A stretch of 32,118 nt of DNA from Azolla caroliniana (Eukaryota > Plantae > Polypodiophyta): positions 1-32,118 of the forward strand of contig JBHGNT010000356.1 in assembly GCA_043228905.1 (NCBI GenBank), in the 5' to 3' direction. The position numbers were made by a program, and so were the translations under genes. The notes under the pieces were generated by a model. It had not been told where the DNA came from and ran no database searches. It saw only the letters and a program-made list of their open reading frames with translations. This document shows positions 10,701 through 22,084 of this stretch, piece by piece (position 1 is the stretch's first letter; every line of letters begins with the position of its first letter).

Positions 10701-11813
10701 CTGAAGCAGGCTCCCCGGCAATGGTACCGGAAGTTCGACTCCTTCATGACAGACGAAGGATACCACAAAACGCAGTCCGATCACTGCGTGTTTGTGAAAA
10801 AGTTTGAAGGAGGAGACTCTCTAATACTCCTCCTGTACGTGGACGACATGTTGATCGTCGGACGGGACCAGGTCAAGATACGGATGCTGAAGAAAGCTCT
10901 TCACCGAACCTTCTCTATGAAGGACCTGGGTTCGGCAAGGCAAATACTAGGGATGCACATCATCCGGGACCGGAAGAAGAAGCAGTTGTGGCTGTCACAG
11001 GAGAAGTATGTGACAAAGGTGCTTCAACGGTTCAACATGTCAGAAGCAAGACCGGTCGGATCGACCCTCCCGGCAAACTGCAAGCTGTCCAGCAAGCAAA
11101 GTCCCAAGACAAAGGCTGAAAAGGAGGATATGATGAAAGTACCATATGCCTCTGCCGTCGGAAGCTTGATGTACGCAATGGTGTGTACAAGACCGGACAT
11201 TGGATACGCAGTCGGAGTGGTGAGCCGGTACATGAGCAATCCCGGTAAAGAGCATTGGAACGCGGCCAAGTGGATACTCCGATACCTGAAGGGCACGGCA
11301 AACATGTGCCTCCGATTCGGCTCCGGTAAGCCCGAACTCGACGGCTTCACCGATTCGGATATGTCGGCTGATGCAGATACCAGCCGGTCCACATCAGGGT
11401 ATGTGATGACGTATGCAGGGGGAGCTGTTTCGTGGCAGTCGAGGCTGTAGAAGACGGTTGCGTTGTCAACCACGGAGGCGGAGTACATGGCGGCTGTTGA
11501 AGCCGGCAAGGAAATAATATGGATGAAGGACTTCATTAGAGAGCTCGGTATCCGGCAGGAGGAGTACCGACTCTATTGCGATAGTCAGAGTGCCATCCAC
11601 CTTGCGAAGAACGCGGCCTATCACTCCCGGACGAAGCACATCCAGCGAAGATATCACTGGATCCGGGAAAGGATAGAAGACAAGGAGTTCGTGCTGACAA
11701 AGATCCACACGGACGAGAACGGGTCGGATATGCTGACCAAGGTGCTCACACCCGACAAGCTGGAAGCATGCCGGAAGAGGATCAGATTGGAGAGACATCC
11801 CATGCCGAAGTGA
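7741..11813 (+). pseudogene. gag-pol of B: near intact, with a 1-bp deletion at ~9172 and an in-frame TAG at 11448-11450
   Basis: Gag with CFHCGKPGHFRKNC, protease WVVDSGAS, LWHKRLCH, integrase DDE, RT LYVDD, RNase H. B reads GAGAAGTCACCGAC where A reads GAGAAGTGCATCGAT, and RL*K where A reads RLQK. Confidence 0.96.
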
Positions 11814-11821
11814 AGGGGGAG
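11812..11821 (+). promoter_or_regulatory. Polypurine tract of B
   Basis: GAAGGGGGAG, 2 nt before the 3' LTR. Confidence 0.95.
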
Positions 11822-11823
11822 TT

Positions 11824-12464
11824 TGTTGGGATTTCGGTCCCTCCGGATGGGATGTCCCCGGAGATAAATGACGGCAAGCCCGGTTGCGGTTACGGAACCG
11901 GATGATGAAGAGTACCCGGATACGGATCCGGATGATGAAGACCCCGGTTACGGAGCCGGATGACAAAGAGAAGACCCGGCCACGGAGCCGGATGATGAAT
12001 GTACCCGGAGAGAGATCCGGATGCGGGGACATATTTGTGAATATGTTTGCCAAGGGCCCTTGTGGCTATATTTGTAAATAGCCCGAAAGTCATATGTATA
12101 TAAATATGACTTAGGGCAAACAGTTTGGTTGTTGTTGCTCATTTTATGTTCTAGTCGAGAGAGCGGAGTGAGAGCAGCCGAGAGAGAGAGAGAGAGAAAG
12201 GAAGAGGTCGACGCCTCTGTGTATTGCCGCCGCCTGTGGCGAAGACAGTGAGCTCAAGGTTGTTGCCTTGAAGCTTCACCATTGTACATCTCTGTGTATA
12301 GTGTGAGTTGGAGTTTGAGGACTCCCGTGGTTTTTCCCATTTAGGGTTTTCCACGTAAAATATCCTGTGCACTCTTCTCTCTGTAGTCTTGGAGCATTTC
12401 GTGTTTTCCTGTTTTCTGTGATTTGATCCTATTTCTCGGTTGTGGCCGAGCGCTGGGTACGACA
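11824..12464 (+). repeat. 3' LTR of B
   Basis: Matches 7070-7710. Confidence 0.98.
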
Positions 12465-12469
12465 GTTTG

Positions 12470-15400
12470 GACCTCCATTATATAGCACCCCGACCATAGG
12501 TGAAGATATAGCCAGATGTTGACTTTTGATTGTCCTGCATAGCGGAATTAGTGTAGCCTTTGACTTCGGCTGAGGTTGTCAAGCTGAAAGTATCTTCAGT
12601 CCCTCTCAGGTACCTGAAGATTTGCTTGACAGCCTCCCAATGCTTCCGTCTTGGGTTTGACATGTACTGGCTAACCACTCCTACGGCATAGGTTAGGTCG
12701 GGTCAAGTCGCCACCATTGCGTACATGATACTCCCTACAATTGATGCGTAGGGTATCTTCCCATTAAGCCCTCTCTACTTGTTCGTTGAAGGAGAGTCTT
12801 TGTTTAATAGTTGGATCGACGTCGAAAGCGGTGTTGGTGTTGGCTTCGTATTCTCCATGTTGAAGCGCCTCACCACCTTCCGGATATAGTCAGACTAGGA
12901 GAGTCAGAGAGTCTTGGTCGTCCGATTTCGCTTGATCCTCATGCCCAGTATGTGAAGGACTTGTCCGAGTTCCTTCATTGCGAACTTGTCGTGAAGGCTT
13001 CACTCAGCTTTGCGATCTCTGCTTGATTGCTTACTACAATCAGCATGTTGTCGACATATAGGATCGGTAAATCCTAGAATCGTTGGCCAATTGCCGAACA
13101 TACATGCATGGGTCGGAGTCGGATCAGTGGTATCCAAGCTGCCTCATGTAGGAGTCAAAGTTCTGGTACCACATCCTCGGCGCTTGTTTCAAGACATAGA
13201 GGCTTTTCTTCAATTGACATACGAGGTGACTTTCCTCCCCCGTCGTCGTGAAGCCTGCCGGTTGAGACATGTAAATGTCTTCTTCCAGATCTCTGTGTAG
13301 GAATGTCGTCTTTACATCCAACTGCTCTAGCTGTAGGTCTGTTGTCGCCACAACTCGTGGTAAGAGTCTGAGGGTGGTCATCTTGACTACTGGTGAAATA
13401 TCCCACAGTAATCGACCCCATGTTCTTGTTTGAACCCTTTCAAGAAAAGCCGAGCTTTGTACTTGGGTTTTGTCTGAGTCAGATTCATATTTGTATCGGA
13501 AAACCCATTTGCAAGGTAGCGGCTTTCTTCCAGCTAGTAGTTCAACCAGCTCCCATGTCTGATTCTTGTGAATCGAGTCCATTTCGGATTTCATGGCTTG
13601 TTGCCATGTATCGGTGTCCGGTGTGGCCATAGCTTCATTGTCTGTGCTTGGTTGGCCTGCATCGGTGTAGTTTACGTAGTCGAGGCCCGATTGATAAAAC
13701 TCTATTGGCCTTCGAGCTCGTCTAGATCTCCTCGGTCCCAAAATAAGTGGTTCGGATCCTTCGATCGTCTCTATTGGTTGATCGACATTTGTTGAGCCAC
13801 TTGTGTCTGGAGTCTTGTTGGTTTATCCGGACCCATGTTGGGATTTTAGTGGTGTTGTGATGTTCTCCCTTGGGTACTTGATCGACTCAGATCTGTTTTT
13901 CCCTTGAGTCGTATCCGGTGTTTCGGTCGGTTGGATTCTATCTCTTTTGACACTATCATTTCCAACTCCGGTCAATTTGACTTTGCCTTTGATGACTTTG
14001 TCGTTGAGATCAACTTGTGGACCTCCTACCGATTCAGAGTCGGCATGTATGTTGTCGGCTTGCTCGAGTTCGACTATTTGTCGAGGCTCTGAGTCAGCTC
14101 GTTGGGTCGTTCTTTCTATGACAACTCTGTCGTCTTCAAAGGATACCCTTTTGCCAACAGTTTTCTATTGGTTCCGTTGAGAGAAGATAGAGTCTTCATT
14201 GAAGACTATGTCAGTGCTCCAGATTAGTTTCCGGTTCTCTGGATCCCATAGCCGGTAGCTGAAGTACCCATCGGTTCCATAACCGAGAAATATGCAGTTC
14301 GTTGCATGGGATGCCAACTTGGTCCTTTTCTCCTTGGGGATGAATGCGTAGGATTCGCATCCGAATACACTATGCCTATCGTAGGTCGGTTGTTTGCCTG
14401 ACCATAGTGCTTGTGTTACTTCAAGCCTAATTGCTTTTGACGGCGAAAGATTTACTAGGTATACTGTCGTTTGCAATGCCTCGGCCTAGTACTCCAACTT
14501 CAGTCCGGCTTGCTGGAGCATTGTTGTCACCCTCTCCTGAATCATTCAGTTGAACTGTTCTACCACTCCATTCTGCATGGGTGTGTAAGGCATGGTATTT
14601 TAATGTTGGATCCCTTTGTTGGACAGGTACTGTTTGAAGGTTCCAGAGGTATATTCTCCTCCGTTGTCGGATCTGAGTGTCTTCACTTTGTATCCCGACC
14701 GGTTCTCCACTTCAGTTGTCCATTGAGTGAAGACGTCGAGCACTTCGTCTTTGGACTTGATGGAGTAGGCCGAGACCTTCCGTGTACAGTCATCTACGAA
14801 GGTGATGAAGTATTGAGAGCCTCCTAGTGATCGCTCTGGCATGGGCTCACAGATATCTCTGTGCACGAGTTTTAGGGGTTGTCGTATCGTCTCGTAGTGG
14901 AGAGTGTGCGGACTTCGAGTCTGTTTCCCGTATCGACAATGCTCACAGAAGTTTGTCTTTGCTTGGAGTTTAGGGATGTAGTCGACCACCATCAACTGAT
15001 CAAGTTCAGCTTGATACATATGGCCGAGTCGGCCATGCCATAAGTTCAGGTCGGTCTTTTCGGCTACATTCACGACCCCTTCTAGATTGATTGCCATCAG
15101 TGGGTACAAGTTGTTGTACTTGTGCCCTCTCCCAACTCTATGATTTCCTCGGTTTATCATCCATACCGACTCACTTAGAGTCATTTTGTACCCTTCTTCG
15201 GCTAACATGCCGATGGAGACCAGACTCCTTTTTAGATCGAGTACTTGCCGGACTTGGTGCAGGGCGATCATGTTGTCATTTGGCAATCTGATGGGAGCCT
15301 CTCCGGTCCCTGTAATTTTGCATTCCTGCCCGTTGCCTAGTCAAATTGTGCCACTGGCATCGGTTGAATACTTCGAACACCATTCAATATTAGGGGTCAC

Positions 15401-16369
15401 GTGGAGTGTGGCATCGGAATCCAATAGCCACGTCTGTGCATCCTATGCACTATAGAGGACTTCTCCAATCACTGAATCCTCTAAGGAGAGAATTTCTCCT
15501 GATCGGGTGTCGACAACATTGATTTGGTTGCCTGTAGGAGAGTGGTCCAAGTTGGGTCTTCCTCGATTCCGTTCGGATGGCCGACCACTCTCTTTTAACT
15601 TGATTGACCAGTAGTCCGAAACATTGTGGCCAACTTTTTTTGCAGTGTGCAGAATTCACTTGATCAGCCCGTTCTCGACTTCAACTGCTATCAGTCTCCC
15701 CTTGTTTTTTATCGTTGTCGGGTTGTCCTCTCGTTCTACTCTGTTGGTCAAACGACTCGGTCGAGTGATGGGTTTCGGCTGATTCATCGATGGTAAGTCC
15801 CATCGATTTTCACCAAATGTCCTTGGTGAGAACTTGGTCGATCGTCTCATCCAAATTTAGGATCGGTCGGCTATTGGCGTATGTTGTGCAGAATATCTCC
15901 CAACTCGTCGGCAAGCTCGATAGGAGGGCAAGGGCTTTCACTTCTTCTTCAAAGTTGATCCCTTTTGAGGAGCGTTCTGACAACACTTGACTAAAGGCTT
16001 TGATGGGGGAGGTAGCCGGATCAGACTCTCTCATCTTCATGTTGAACAATTGTTTGATCAAAATCAGTTTTGAAGATGAGGATTTTTTCTCGTACACGGC
16101 TTGTAGTTTCTCCCATAGTGAGAATGTTGTCATCTTTTTTGCCATGCAAAAGTAGAAGTTTTCGGCCAAATGGATTCAGATGGTGGAGCGTGCGATTTCG
16201 TCTGTAGATCTCCAATCTTCGGCTATCATCGAGGCAGGTTTTTACTATGCCAAATGGCTTTGACTTGTCTTCTGATGATCAACACGTCCTGCATCATCTC
16301 CTTCCAAAGGGAAAAGTTTTTGCCATCGAATTTTCTGATTTCAACTCTTGTTCCAAATGTTGAAGCCAT
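12470..16369 (-). pseudogene. gag-PR-IN-RT of copia element C (degenerate)
   Basis: MASTFGTRVEIRKFDGKNFSLWK gag start, WLLDSDATLHVT protease, LWHGRLGH, LRSDNGGEY, LKKSLYVLKQAPRMWY, STSGYIF. Confidence 0.93.
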
Positions 16370-16455
16370 ATTCTTCTTTGAATGTGAACTTTTACTGACC
16401 TGATCTTTTTCCTTTCAGCCTTTTTCTATTGTCTGTTGTTGCCAAGTAGCAAGTC

Positions 16456-16467
16456 GCTCTGATACCA
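16456..16467 (-). promoter_or_regulatory. tRNA-iMet primer binding site of C
   Basis: Plus strand GCTCTGATACCA. Confidence 0.95.
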
Positions 16468-16469
16468 AT

Positions 16470-16753
16470 TGAAGAACAGATATGCGCGGAAATGTATGTG
16501 AGGACTTGTCGGTTATGCTCAGCAAACAACACAGAAGGAGGGCAAGAAGATATAGACAGATGATAGACACACATATGAAGCTTTAATGGAAGCTCTCTTT
16601 ATTTCTGTTCTCTATCTCAGAAACTCGATGTACAAGATGATCAAGTGTTCTCTCTTTACAATGTTCGGTTATCGCTTATATACTAAGACTTAACTCTTTA
16701 GAAGAGTTCACACTAGGATACAAAGTGGAAGGAGTAGGCCTTTTATGCCAACA
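16470..16753 (-). repeat. 5' LTR of C (284 bp)
   Basis: Minus strand TGTTGGC...TCTTCA followed by the PBS. Confidence 0.93.
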
Positions 16754-18045
16754 GTCAGCACACTGCCAACTTGTTCATCTCCGACTGCACACCGGGGGGC
16801 TGGATCATATACACCTGTTCTTCAAGATCGCCTTGAAGAAACACATTCTTCACATGCATTTGGTCATAATGCCACCCCCTCGTTGCTCCAATTGCCAGCA
16901 CCACACGAACCGTCGTCATCTTCGCTACTGGAGCGAAGGTCTTGTCGTAGTCAATTCTGTGGGTCTGCACATATCCTTTTGCCACTAACCGGACCTTGTA
17001 CCGGTTGACCGAACCGTCGGCATTGTACTTCACCTTGAATACCCACTTGCAGCCGATCGGTTTGCAATGTCGGGGAGGGTCAACCAGGTCCCATATGTTG
17101 TTGGCATCGAGTGCCCGCATCTCTTCCTCCATAGTGGCACACCAATGTGCGTCCTTTGTCGCTTCTACATAGCTCTCCGGCTCACGTACTTCCACCACTT
17201 TCGTCATGTATGCATAGTGATGCCCCATGTACTCATTGTACCGATACCGTTTTACAGGATTCTTTTGGCGGGTCAATCGACGTAATTTCTCATTAGCCTA
17301 TTTTAGGGCCTTCTTGGCCGATTCAGACTTCATTTTTGAACGTCTGTCCTTGTTCTTTCCGGAGTTAGATTCGCTCTGATCCGACTTGACCCTACCGGTG
17401 CCATTTTCTGGCATCTTCTTCTTTCCCTTCTCTTTGAGCGGGAACCGTCTCCTTGGTTCCTTATGCGGGGAGAGCACTACCGAGTCTCCATTACTCGTTG
17501 GCTCGTCATCCAACTGATCATTCGGACATAGTCACTCATTTGGCCCGCTCAGCCGAAATGAGATCAGACTCTCATCTAGAGTACCAAATTATTATTATTC
17601 TTCTGCCTAGATCATTTCGGGCTCACTGTCCTCATCCTCCGGAATCGGATAGTCAGAATTGTCGGGGATCATAGTAGTTGTACCCCATTCTGCTCATGTG
17701 GGTAGCCAACCAATATGCACTTCTCTGACTTTGGGTCCAACTTTCTCCGCTTCTCATCCAGTACATGCACATAGCCTATGCTACCGAATACCCTAAGGTG
17801 TCTTAAGTTCGGCTTCCGCCCGAAATACAGCTCATGTGCTGACACGTTCACCCCGATCTGGTTTTGGATGTAGACGGACGGACGTCCGGACCACTTCGAC
17901 CTATTAGAACTTGGGCATGCTCTTCTCTTCCAATAATCGCCCGGTTCTTCCTCTCGGTTATGCCGTTTTGTTCTAACGTGTATCGACAGCTGAATTCCCT
18001 CCGAATTCCCTTCTGTTGCAAATAACTCTTGAAGTAAGACCATCA
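16754..18045 (-). pseudogene. Copia element D: integrase C-terminus, linker and RT N-terminus (no LTRs in the window)
   Basis: HLRVFGSIGYVHV...RKLDPKSEKCILVGY; EPESYVEA...WDLV...[12 protein letters not shown]...RLVAKGY...[12 protein letters not shown]. Confidence 0.92.
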
Positions 18046-19080
18046 GTATTAAATAATCAGTACTGATTCAACTGCTCACAAAAGAATACATTATAATCAG
18101 TAATCAGTAATGTTAGTACTAAATAGCCAAGACCTTCATGTGGTGTTGTTCGATCATGCAGAGCCTAGTAAGTGAAGTGATCACAAAACGTACAATGTAA
18201 TGAACAATTTAGTACTAATACAAGTAGTCCAATGGATAATTAAGATACTCTGTACTAAATAATCACTACTTAATCAATTGATCACCAAGAAATACAATGT
18301 AATTAGTATTGTTAGTACTTAATCAATAAAAAAGGGACTTGAGGGCACAATACTGAACCATCTGGACACAAAAAGTCAATATTTCATTTGGTAATGAACA
18401 ATGTTAGTACTAAACAACCAAGACCTTCATGTGGTGTTGTTCGGTCATGCAGAGCCTAAGTCAAGTGGACAGAAAACGTACAATGTAATGAACAATTTAG
18501 TACTAATACAAGTAGACAATTAAGACCTTCAGTACTTAATCAACTAATCACCAAGAAATACATTCTAATCAGTATTGTTAGTACTTAATCAACAAAAAAG
18601 GAACTTGAGGGGATAGTACTGAACCATCTGGACACAAAAAGTCGATATTTCATGTGGTAATGAACAATGTTAGTACTAAATAGCCAAGACCTTCATGTGG
18701 TGTTGTTCGGTCATGCAGAGCCTAAGTCAAGTGGACACAAAACGTACAATGTAATGAACAATTTAGTACTAATACAAGAAGTCTAGTGGACAATTAAGAC
18801 CTTCAGTACTAAATAATCAATACTTAATCAATTGATTAACAAGGAATACAATGTAATCAATAATGTTAGTACCGAATCCTCAAAGAAGGAACTTAAAGGA
18901 ACAATATTAAACCACCTAGATGTGTATATTTCATGTGGTAATGAACAATGTTAGTACTAAACAACCAAGACCTTCATGCCTATTTGTTCGGACATGGAAA
19001 GCCTAAGTCAGGTGGACACAAAAAGTACTAATACAAGTTATACAACTAAACATTTAAGACCTTTAGTACTAAATAAAGCA
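18046..19080. repeat. AT-rich tandem repeat, ~3.5 units of 266-291 bp, rich in AGTACT
   Basis: TGTTAGTACTAAAyArCCAAGACCTTCATG recurs at 18111, 18402, 18668 and 18949. Confidence 0.93.
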
Positions 19081-19944
19081 TTAAACCGAACCATTAAAAA
19101 AAATTCAAACCGTTGAGCCATTAAACCGGTAAAACCTCGGTTTTGGTTTTCAGCTTAGGTCAAATTTAAAATTTAAAATTTAAAATTTTAAAATTTAAAT
19201 TTTAAAATTTTAAAATTTTAAAATATTTCATTATTTAAATTTTCTTAATTTTAAATATTTTCCTAAAATGTGAGAATAAGGCATGAAAATGAAAAGATTG
19301 TTTAAAAACATTTTTTTTTATTTAAAAAAAAAACCCGTTAAACTGTTTAAACTGTGGTTTCTAATTGTTGAAACTGAACCGAACCGTATTCGTTGTAGTT
19401 TCGCGGTTCGGTTTGGTTTGAACCGAACCGTTGCCGATTGTTAGATACGTGGGAACATGTTGTGCTTTGGGAGCCTTAGGTGTTGGGCTATATAAAGCGA
19501 ACTAGCTACTCACTTCATCACGACATCTTGAGATGTTGTCATGACTCTATTAGTGACTTCTTTAGGTTCATTTATTCAACAACCAAGGTATAACATAGGG
19601 TAATATTTGGTGTTATGGGAGACTGTGTTGGGCCAACATGTTGTGCTTTGGGAGCCTTAGGTGTTGGGCTATATAAAGCGGACTAGCTACTCCCTTCATC
19701 ACGGCATCTTGAGATGTTGTCATGACTCTATTAGTGACTTCTTTAGGTCCATTTATTCAACAACCAAGGTATAACATAGGGTAATATTTGGTGTTATGGG
19801 AGACTGTGTTGGGCCAACTACTGCTCTCTCTTTATCGTTTCTACCATAGCTCCACTGTTGCATCTAAAGAGCCTGTACTAGGGTGAATCCTGAGTATTCC
19901 TCAGCCCTATTGACATCATTCCTAACCCTTACACACTGATGGTA
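19081..19944. mobile_element. Probable hAT-type DNA transposon end (AACCG/CGGTT subterminal clusters; TIR split by a solo LTR)
   Basis: Clusters of AAACCG, AACCGAACCG and CGGTTCGGTT around an AT-rich spacer. Removing 19439-19940 gives a terminus reading TACCATCGGCAACGG on the minus strand, similar to plant hAT TAGGGATGGCAA-type ends. Other end not seen. Confidence 0.5.
19439..19935 (+). mobile_element. Solo LTR (497 bp) with an internal 181-bp tandem duplication
   Basis: TGTTAG...ACACA termini. TSD CCGAT (19434-19438) / CTGAT (19936-19940). CTATATAAAG occurs twice. 19454-19634 is repeated at 19635-19815. Confidence 0.75.
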
Positions 19945-21385
19945 TTTTATGTTTGTCTCATGTCCTTCGCTCGGGGGTGGTTGGTGTGGTTAAGCATTGT
20001 TAATCCATTCTTCTCCTTAATCTCTTATCCTTTTGCTCATCTTATATAAGGTAATTTCTGAGAAATATGATGACTTGTTGGACGGACATGATAATGTAAG
20101 TGTCATACTCAAATGTCCACCAAGAAGGGTGTTGTTTCTCCCATATTATCTTTCTTGATTCATTTACTTTTGAATTTTTCCTTACTTTCTTCTCTGGGGT
20201 AAAAGTCTGAGCACGTGGTTTGTAACTTTGCTCATGCATATATATGTATGGCAAAGGTAAGTTTGAAGAACTTGAGACCATGGCCCTTATTGGATCAAGC
20301 TTACCTTTAGCAGCATTCATCTAAAACAAACAATATTCTATTACAATCACTGAGAGAGAGAACGAAAAAAGACAAAGTAATATTATTGTTGACTGATAAC
20401 CAAAATGACCAGTAAGACCAAAGCATTTTTACAAATTTATAAAGCTGACATGATTGCATTTCATCATAAATATGGCATACAGTGTATAAACAAACTAGAC
20501 ATTGTGATTGAGGTGTGTTCTCTAGACCTTGAAAGTCTAGAGCTTGAGTTTGTGACTCCCGATTAGTTACTGGTTACTAGGAGTCCTTGTGTGATGATGC
20601 CTGGGTGCATATCGCATGAAATGATGTGAAAGTGTTCCTACTTCCTAAGAATAACACATTTTTCGTCTTCAAAACATATGCGAACCCCATAGAGAAGGTT
20701 ACATGGCAACCCCTTTGTACAGAGATTGTGGTGCTAATTTTCTCTTATCAATCAAGGCACGACAGTCAGATCTAGTTTCCATTGGATAGAAACATCAAGA
20801 TATCAAGTCATACCATCATTGTTTGCACTCCAGAAGCATATTGCTTCTATATGATATTCAAAGACCTATATTCACTATTCTTTCCTCAAACAGATAATCC
20901 AAAATTCACAGTTCATAAATCATGAAAAATTCTTAAACTCTAAAATCCAAAATCTTGAAACACATGATTAATAATCCTATATTGTGTCACTTTTCAAAGC
21001 GTAAATTCTTGACAATGCAAGGGAGCATATTGCACCACCTACCCATTGCACCATTTTCAAGAAATGAAGACAAACTATCCAACCTGGTATAATCACACTT
21101 TGCTTTCTATAGGTGAACCATACAACAAATGCAAAGGGGTAATCATATACATACCTGAGCCCTAACACACATGGATACATGTGCCATACACGAAGTAAAA
21201 ACGATGAAATTCCTGGTGTTCATAATAAGCACTCATGAATATAGTATCTTTGTTCTTGATGTTGCATCCCCAATTTGACTAGATTCTTAGAAAGAAGGGC
21301 CCATGTGCTGGAAGATTCTCAAAAATGTTCACCTGATTCGTCATGTCATATCAATATTTCAAATAACCAAATCGAACACATGCTA

Positions 21386-21619
21386 CAAAGAGATTCTACA
21401 TGAAGATGTAATGCACCTTTCTGTCAACATGAAAAACTGTCTTATCGCACTCATACAAAACTTCTCTAGATATCCAATCCATATAGTCACCTTATCATCT
21501 CCCAAAGAGATTCTATATGAAGATGTGATACAACTTTCTGTCAACTTGAAAAACTGTCTTATTGCATTCATGCAAAACTTCTCTAGATATACAATCCATA
21601 TAGTCATCTTACATATTTC
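21386..21619. repeat. Two-copy 117-bp tandem duplication, probably intronic
   Basis: CAAAGAGATTCTAyATGAAGATGT starts at 21386 and 21503. Confidence 0.9.
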
Positions 21620-21790
21620 TAGTTTTAAAATGTTTTCATTTGTTAATATGCGCACTGCACATGATTGCCCAGTCACATTGGTAGGTTTTGCAGCACCATT
21701 CTTCTCCTTCTCTGCAGTTACTTGCCCTAAGTCAGATCTTTTTTGTGATTTCTAACAAGATCTTTTTTGTTTTAACCTTTTGGCCTTCAG

Positions 21791-21862
21791 ATCAAAATAC
21801 TTCTCGGAACGGATTGGCATAAGAATTTTGATTATTTTAAGAAGCCCGACTTTTTTGTGAAG
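21791..21862 (+). CDS. PLC: Phosphoinositide-specific phospholipase C, C2-domain exon (IKILLGTDWHKNFDYFKKPDFFVK)
   Basis: Polypyrimidine-CAG acceptor and AAG/GTAATT donor, 72 nt. Matches the plant PI-PLC C2 start (VxxGxxW...PDFyxr). Confidence 0.85.
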
Positions 21863-21975
21863 GTAATTAAGTAGTTATTTCTTTGAGTGGTTCTCCAGAC
21901 AAGAAAGAACTTTTGGATTGTGTTTAGTAACTTCAGAATGTCAGTTATTTTATTGAATTCTGGTTCTTTTTACAG

Positions 21976-22084
21976 GTTGCAATTCATGGAATACCTGCTG
22001 ATAAGGCAAAGAAGACGACATCTATTAAGTACAAAAACAATCAACCTAATTGGGAGGATGAAACTTTCGAATTCCAGATTAGAG
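21976..22084 (+). CDS. PLC: PI-PLC C2-domain exon (VAIHGIPADKAKKTTSIKYKNNQPNWEDETFEFQIR)
   Basis: TTTTTACAG acceptor and AG/GTATGT donor (phase 1). Matches VGIAGVPAD...PxWxExFEF of plant PI-PLCs. Confidence 0.88.

Larger units (their letters stand above)
7070..12464 (+). mobile_element. Element B: full-length, very recent Ty1/copia (Tnt1/Tork-like), 5395 bp
   Basis: TG...CA 641-bp LTRs with no difference found by eye. Perfect TSD GTTTG (7065-7069 / 12465-12469). PBS and PPT present. Confidence 0.98.
6190..16753 (-). mobile_element. Element C: degenerate Ty1/copia inserted in the RT of D and itself interrupted by B
   Basis: Two diverged ~284-bp LTRs, Met PBS, PPT and all copia domains. TSD not recoverable because the left junction has small deletions. 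Confidence 0.92.

Noticed and set aside
11448-11456. Programmed stop-codon readthrough
   Set aside because: Context is TAG-AAG-ACG, not CARYYA; A has CAA here; a simple C>T change explains it.
7794-11536. Many antisense and alternative-frame ORFs over element B
   Set aside because: Expected shadow ORFs of GC-rich coding sequence; no recognisable domains.
18046-19080. Possible CRISPR-like repeat-spacer array of AGTACT-containing motifs
   Set aside because: The sequences between motifs also repeat with a ~280-bp period; no unique spacers or cas genes, and the context is eukaryotic.
19945-21300. Additional PLC exons or another gene (several GTAAG donor-like sites, 92-aa minus ORF)
   Set aside because: No translation resembling PLC X/Y domains or any family I recognise.
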